From a virus, in the IMG/VR virus record IMGVR_UViG_3300006919_000043, positions 13,727 through 77,726 of that record: DNA of 64,000 nucleotides; one strand, 5' to 3'. The translations under genes and the position numbers were made by a program. The notes below the pieces were generated by a model. It searched no databases, was not told the origin of the DNA, and saw only the letters and a program-made list of their open reading frames with translations. Shown piece after piece: positions 59,738 through 64,000 of this stretch. Every line of letters begins with the position of its first letter. The first letter of the stretch is position 1.

Positions 59738-61049
59738 TTACAATATCCCTCCGCCATTGTTCAATAGTTTCTTGCGAAGCATTCCAAGACTTCATCAATT
59801 CAACCTGTAAGTCTTGATTAGAATTGTCGAAAGCCAACACACGCCCTGCGTTTTCGTCACCTTCTAAAGCGGAAACGACAATAGCCGCATCGGCCTTTTT
59901 GATAGTCAAATATGGCATGGCTTCTTTTGCGGCTTTGAATATAGCACCTTCACCTTCTAACACGAATTGCCGACCCTCCCATGTAATACGCTCGACACCA
60001 AGTTTGCTTTTCAATACATTGGCATAATCTTCCCCACGCTTTGTGTCAAACGGCAGGGTCAATCGTGGTGTGCCATTTTTCAGTAATTCCAAATTACCGC
60101 CAACCTCCCATAGATTACCTATGAAAGAGTCAACATGTTTGAGAAAAATAGGTGGTTTTGTTGTTCCATATTGTAATGTCCGGTTATCTTTTGTTGTGCC
60201 TTTACCCACTACCACTGTGTCGTATAACCAACCGTATGTCTTAATCAAACCGGCTAATTCCGAAGGTGTTGCGTCAATTCCATAAGATGTTAAATTGGAG
60301 GCATTCATATCTTCGTTCTTTCTCAACACTTCATGGCTCTTTTCCAACAGGTTTCTCTCCCTACGACTCAAACGCATTTCAGCATTTAGCCTGTCGTGCC
60401 ATTCTTTCCAAATACCATCAACATCTTTATCACTGGCCTTCTTTACCTTAGCAACTGTCTTTCGCAATTGATATTCTAACCTGTTCGGATGATTCAATAT
60501 TACATTGAAGTCATTGTCGTGCAACTGTAACAAATCCCAATCATCATCTTGCCACCAATCAAATTGTTTGAGGACAGCCCTTTGCTCTTGGCGTAACAAC
60601 TCAATTACGCTTGGAACCACATGACTTTCTCCCGCTTTATGTAACATGTCTATGAGATCTGAACCACTAATACCAAACTCATCTCGGAAAAATGATTTGC
60701 TAACCGGAACCTTTGGTGGTGCGGTAGCCATTGTGCCGGGTTGTTCGTTTGGATTAGCGACTTGCTCTCCGCCTTTGAAGCCAGTTATTTCAGCACCGCT
60801 TGTTGCTTCGGGTGGTTGTTCCTTTGTGTTTTCTTCAACAACCTCTTGCTGTTCCTTACTGGCTTCTTTTTGTTTCTCGGCTTCTTCAAGTTTAGATTCG
60901 GCTTGTTGTAATTCTTGCTCTTTCTTTTTCTTATCGTCAAGCAAATTGCCGCCAAACAAACCACCGACTGTGCTAACCTCCGGTGGTAAAATTTTGATAA
61001 TCGCATCTTCAAAAGACCGCACTTCGGGGTTCCACAATATGCGTGTCAT
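59727..61049 (-). CDS. Multidomain protein with C-terminal wHTH-like and degenerate LAGLIDADG domains
   Basis: FIGNLWEVGGNL...PRLTL...LKSKLG...MPYLTIKK..A. Confidence 0.55.
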   Translation of the reverse strand: MTRILWNPEVRSFEDAIIKILPPEVSTVGGLFGGNLLDDKKKKEQELQQAESKLEEAEKQKEASKEQQEVVEENTKEQPPEATSGAEITGFKGGEQVANPNEQPGTMATAPPKVPVSKSFFRDEFGISGSDLIDMLHKAGESHVVPSVIELLRQEQRAVLKQFDWWQDDDWDLLQLHDNDFNVILNHPNRLEYQLRKTVAKVKKASDKDVDGIWKEWHDRLNAEMRLSRRERNLLEKSHEVLRKNEDMNASNLTSYGIDATPSELAGLIKTYGWLYDTVVVGKGTTKDNRTLQYGTTKPPIFLKHVDSFIGNLWEVGGNLELLKNGTPRLTLPFDTKRGEDYANVLKSKLGVERITWEGRQFVLEGEGAIFKAAKEAMPYLTIKKADAAIVVSALEGDENAGRVLAFDNSNQDLQVELMKSWNASQETIEQWRRDIVNEC

Positions 61050-62482
61050 ATATCAGCCCACCCTATCCTCTTAGTCCATGTAGCACTGTCAAGTATTACA
61101 ATGTTATCACGGTATTCTTTTGTGGCTTGCACAGCCAATGCTAACGCAATAACTGTATCGTCATGCGCCCCCAATGACTCCATTTTGCCATTAGGCAACA
61201 TGGTGAACATTGACAATTCATTGAGCAAAGTATCTATCATTCTCCGTGTTCTCCCTTCTTCCTTGTATGGCAACAACAGGTGTCGCTGTTCAAAATGCAA
61301 TTGAAGGCTGTGTATAATTGCTTCCTTCCTCATACGGCTCATAGTGAACGGTTTGATAGGTAAATCAGTAATCTCCTTCAATACTTGATGGAACGCCTGT
61401 GCGAAATTGTTGGTTTCCAATTCGACAACAACTGGGTTGAATCTTGCATTCAACTCTATGATTTTATCAATCTGTGAATTGAAGTCCATTCCTTTTTCGT
61501 GGTGCATCCATACTATACGCTTATGCCTATTCTCATCCATAGCGATAACACACATACAGGTATAGTCAGCCTTTCTATCGGGGCTAATTGCAGGATCCCA
61601 ACCAATGTAATAATTGACATTCTCATCAAAGTCGCCCGCATACGGGTCAAAAACAAATGCGTAATCTTCATCTTTACACGGCTCGGTCATTTCAATTGGG
61701 AATAAACTTGACTCGCTGGCTATCGGCTTACATAAATATTCACGGGTAAATGCTATTGATGTCATTTCTCCCCTTCTTTGTTGCAGTGCATCAAGCGACC
61801 AGCGTTCCGGCCAAAGTGGCTTACCTGTTTCTTCATTAATAGCAGGGTATTCTCTAACTTGATACCCTTTGAGTCCTTTCAACTCTTGATACAGGTCAGT
61901 GTATGAAAATGGTGTTCCGACGATACACAACTGTGCTGTGTGGTGAAGCACTGGCAATAGAGCAGTATAGAACCAAGAAGCAACATGTGTCAACTGTGTT
62001 GCCGCTTCGCTGGACAATATATCGTCAAGCACTACGATGTCGGGGTGGGCACCACGAACCGCTTTACCAACGGACATAGCCGATATAGATGATTTATTTG
62101 TGAATTTGAATTTTTGCTTCGCCCACCCACGCTTAGGTTTCAAGTGCTGTAATGCTGGCACTGTTTCAATCAACTCATTCATTTTAGCCATGTGTTCAAT
62201 TGACTGGTGTTGGCTGTGTGAGAAAAATAGGACTTCTGTGCCGGGATTGTAAGCCATTTTCCAAAGTAAATATACCCTGTAAAAAACGGACTTACCGTGG
62301 TCACGGGATGCAATCACACAAGTCTTGTTATGGTTCTCGGACATGTCGAACCATTCTTGATGAAAGTCAGCAACCATGTAGTTTTCGTGTTTTCCGCAAA
62401 TGTCCTCAAAGAAATACTTGAAATCCCTGCGACCCATCTCCCAGTCAACATTCTTCGCTAACTCATGGATGCCATTACTCAT
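61046..62482 (-). CDS. terL: Terminase large subunit
   Basis: ASRDHGKS, RGAHPDIVVLDD, VGTP, nuclease GWDPA...D, HDDTVIALALA. Confidence 0.95.
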   Translation of the reverse strand: MSNGIHELAKNVDWEMGRRDFKYFFEDICGKHENYMVADFHQEWFDMSENHNKTCVIASRDHGKSVFYRVYLLWKMAYNPGTEVLFFSHSQHQSIEHMAKMNELIETVPALQHLKPKRGWAKQKFKFTNKSSISAMSVGKAVRGAHPDIVVLDDILSSEAATQLTHVASWFYTALLPVLHHTAQLCIVGTPFSYTDLYQELKGLKGYQVREYPAINEETGKPLWPERWSLDALQQRRGEMTSIAFTREYLCKPIASESSLFPIEMTEPCKDEDYAFVFDPYAGDFDENVNYYIGWDPAISPDRKADYTCMCVIAMDENRHKRIVWMHHEKGMDFNSQIDKIIELNARFNPVVVELETNNFAQAFHQVLKEITDLPIKPFTMSRMRKEAIIHSLQLHFEQRHLLLPYKEEGRTRRMIDTLLNELSMFTMLPNGKMESLGAHDDTVIALALAVQATKEYRDNIVILDSATWTKRIGWADI

Positions 62483-62488
62483 TTAGCA

Positions 62489-64000
62489 TCAACCCGTTAT
62501 TTCATCTATTTCATCGTCACTAAATCCGTGATGATCGACTAAATCTCCTTTATCATTCTTCAAACGACTAATGGCTGATGCGTTTCCATTCCTTGCCGCT
62601 TCAACCACTTCATTGACATAATCTTTATCGCTTGAACCGGAGATGTATTTTGTGTAGTTTTTTTCCTCCGGCTCACTTACCGCTTCTTTTTTTTTAGCCT
62701 TAGCCTCTTGGCGTTTTTCGCTTCGGGCTTTCGCCGCCGCTTCATTACCCTCATTGACCTTTGCCTTCTTTTCATTCTTAGGGCGTTGCCTTGCCTTTTG
62801 TGTTGGCTTATTTGGGAATGGTTTTACGCCTTGACCTTTTGTTTCTTTTCCTTTAGTGGTGTTCTCAACAAGTTTCTTTGCCGATGCCTTCTTTGGCTTG
62901 GCTGGCTCTTGCATAACTTGGGCACCTTCTATGTTCTCTTTTACTGGCTTCTTACCTCTTTGGGCTTTGGTGCCAGTCTTTTTCTTAGGCGGTGCTTCTT
63001 CTCGCATTTCTTGGGTGCCTTCAATTGCGGCTTGCTTGTTTGCTTCGGCAACTTCTTTACCCTTTTTTGTATTGCTCACAGCCTTTGCGGCTGGACCTTT
63101 CTTAGCCTTCTTAGGTGCGGCCTTCTTAGGCGGTTTCGGTTCATCCTCCGGTGTTCCCTCGTAACTGTATTTTTCTCTTATCTTATTCCTACGATTTTTT
63201 TGCTTCAAACGACCATCTTCGTATCTTGCTTCGGGGTGTTGATCGGTTATTTGTTGTTCGGTTCTTTCATTGGCGGTAGTGAATGTCCTTTTCCTTCTTC
63301 CACTATCGGCCATAGGTTGGGGTTCACGGGATTCCACCTTTTCCGGTAGCAATCTTTCATCCCGTGTTTCAATGTTTCCCATTGGTAATGCCCTTCTTGG
63401 TATTGGCGAACCTCTTTTTGTGGTTGCCACTTCGTCAGCCGAAGGCTTGTCAGTCATAGGTTCTGTTTCCTCCATTTCCTGTGGAGGCTCAACCCTTTGG
63501 CCTCGGCTATCAATACCAAATTCTCTTAACTCGTTATCTAAATCTCGCTTTGGCTGTGCAAATTCTGTGATTTTCATTTGGTTAAGCCCTGCCTCCGTTG
63601 GAGATGTCTGCTGTGGCTCAATTGGTTTCATATCGTTATTGATTCTATCATATATGCTTTGCATTGATGATGGGGTTGTTGGGGCGGCTCGCCCTCCCAT
63701 TTCTTCACGCATTTCGGCCAATCGGCTTGATGGACTGTCGGGGTCAACATCTCTATACTTGTTAGCAATTGATGGCGGTGTTGATGTAATTTGCTGTTGC
63801 TCTTGCCTTCGCTGTAATTCTTCGGGGTCATTTTGCATAAGCCACTGTTCATCCGGTTCTTTGCCCCATGTTCTCCGGTAAGATTCAGCCGCACCTAATG
63901 GTTCTTTTTTCGGCTTTCTTTCTTCCATCGTTGGTGGTGAACCACTGGCACTTTCCACTGTTCCTTGAGTCGTTTCCTGTTCAGCAGGTTGTCGTCTAAA
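62489..64000 (-). CDS. Low-complexity Lys/Glu/Pro-rich protein, 5'-truncated
   Basis: Frame is open to the window edge; histone H1-like KKA-rich C-terminal half; contains QMKITEF. Confidence 0.7.
   Translation of the reverse strand, partial: FRRQPAEQETTQGTVESASGSPPTMEERKPKKEPLGAAESYRRTWGKEPDEQWLMQNDPEELQRRQEQQQITSTPPSIANKYRDVDPDSPSSRLAEMREEMGGRAAPTTPSSMQSIYDRINNDMKPIEPQQTSPTEAGLNQMKITEFAQPKRDLDNELREFGIDSRGQRVEPPQEMEETEPMTDKPSADEVATTKRGSPIPRRALPMGNIETRDERLLPEKVESREPQPMADSGRRKRTFTTANERTEQQITDQHPEARYEDGRLKQKNRRNKIREKYSYEGTPEDEPKPPKKAAPKKAKKGPAAKAVSNTKKGKEVAEANKQAAIEGTQEMREEAPPKKKTGTKAQRGKKPVKENIEGAQVMQEPAKPKKASAKKLVENTTKGKETKGQGVKPFPNKPTQKARQRPKNEKKAKVNEGNEAAAKARSEKRQEAKAKKKEAVSEPEEKNYTKYISGSSDKDYVNEVVEAARNGNASAISRLKNDKGDLVDHHGFSDDEIDEITG

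Larger units (their letters stand above)
1..64000. mobile_element. Tailed archaeal virus genome fragment (Magrovirus-like, siphovirus-type gene set)
   Basis: Archaeal-type PolB, PCNA, RFC, AEP primase, ERCC4 and TFB-like genes together with TerL, portal, protease, HK97 MCP, tail tube and TMP. Dense overlapping genes with GGTGA RBSs; no cellular housekeeping genes. Confidence 0.9.

Noticed and set aside
21527-63881. Numerous + strand ORFs of 60-216 aa (e.g. 21527, 40958, 52271, 62708, 63270)
   Set aside because: Fully antisense to long, motif-bearing - strand genes; Ser/Phe-rich shadow composition, favoured by scarce antisense stop codons.
1-64000. tRNA genes, integrase/att sites, reverse transcriptase or DGR, alternative genetic code
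   Set aside because: Intergenic gaps are mostly too short and no cloverleaf or relevant motifs were seen; ORFs tile the window under the standard code.

Overview
This window is a 64-kb internal fragment of a large tailed dsDNA archaeal virus (Caudoviricetes). The best match is a Magrovirus-like virus of Marine Group II Euryarchaeota/Poseidoniales, related to HVTV-1/HCTV-like haloviruses; this is inferred from gene content and GGTGA-type ribosome-binding sites. It has two tightly packed, convergent arms that meet at about 17.78 kb. The + arm (1-17.8 kb) is a near-complete archaeal-type replisome plus accessories: PC4-like and TFB-like proteins, a ligase-fold protein lacking the catalytic Lys, RFC, RPA-like protein, Sak4-like ATPase, PCNA, PolB, Cas4-like nuclease, beta-class MTase, fused PriS-PriL primase, ERCC4 nuclease and MCM-like helicase. 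The - arm (17.8-64 kb) is the morphogenesis module: TerL, portal, protease/scaffold, HK97 capsid, neck, tail tube, frameshifted tail chaperone, tape measure and giant LamG/beta-rich tail proteins. It ends in a protamine-like protein and a Dam-like MTase. No tail sheath, integrase, tRNA or CRISPR array was seen. Most notable signals: (1) YCWGR, CTAG, AGCT and GTAC appear almost absent, and every YCWGR/CTAG exception I found overlaps GATC. (2) The Dam-like MTase and the protamine-like protein share an N-terminal W-S-[IV]-[MI]-K|G leader, suggesting a virion-packaged methyltransferase. (3) There are two degenerate ligase domains, one of them inside a head-module protein. (4) PolB has remodelled active-site motifs. 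(5) The 3125-aa tail protein shows nested 'matryoshka' domain insertions. All calls come from reading motifs by eye; no searches or counts were run.
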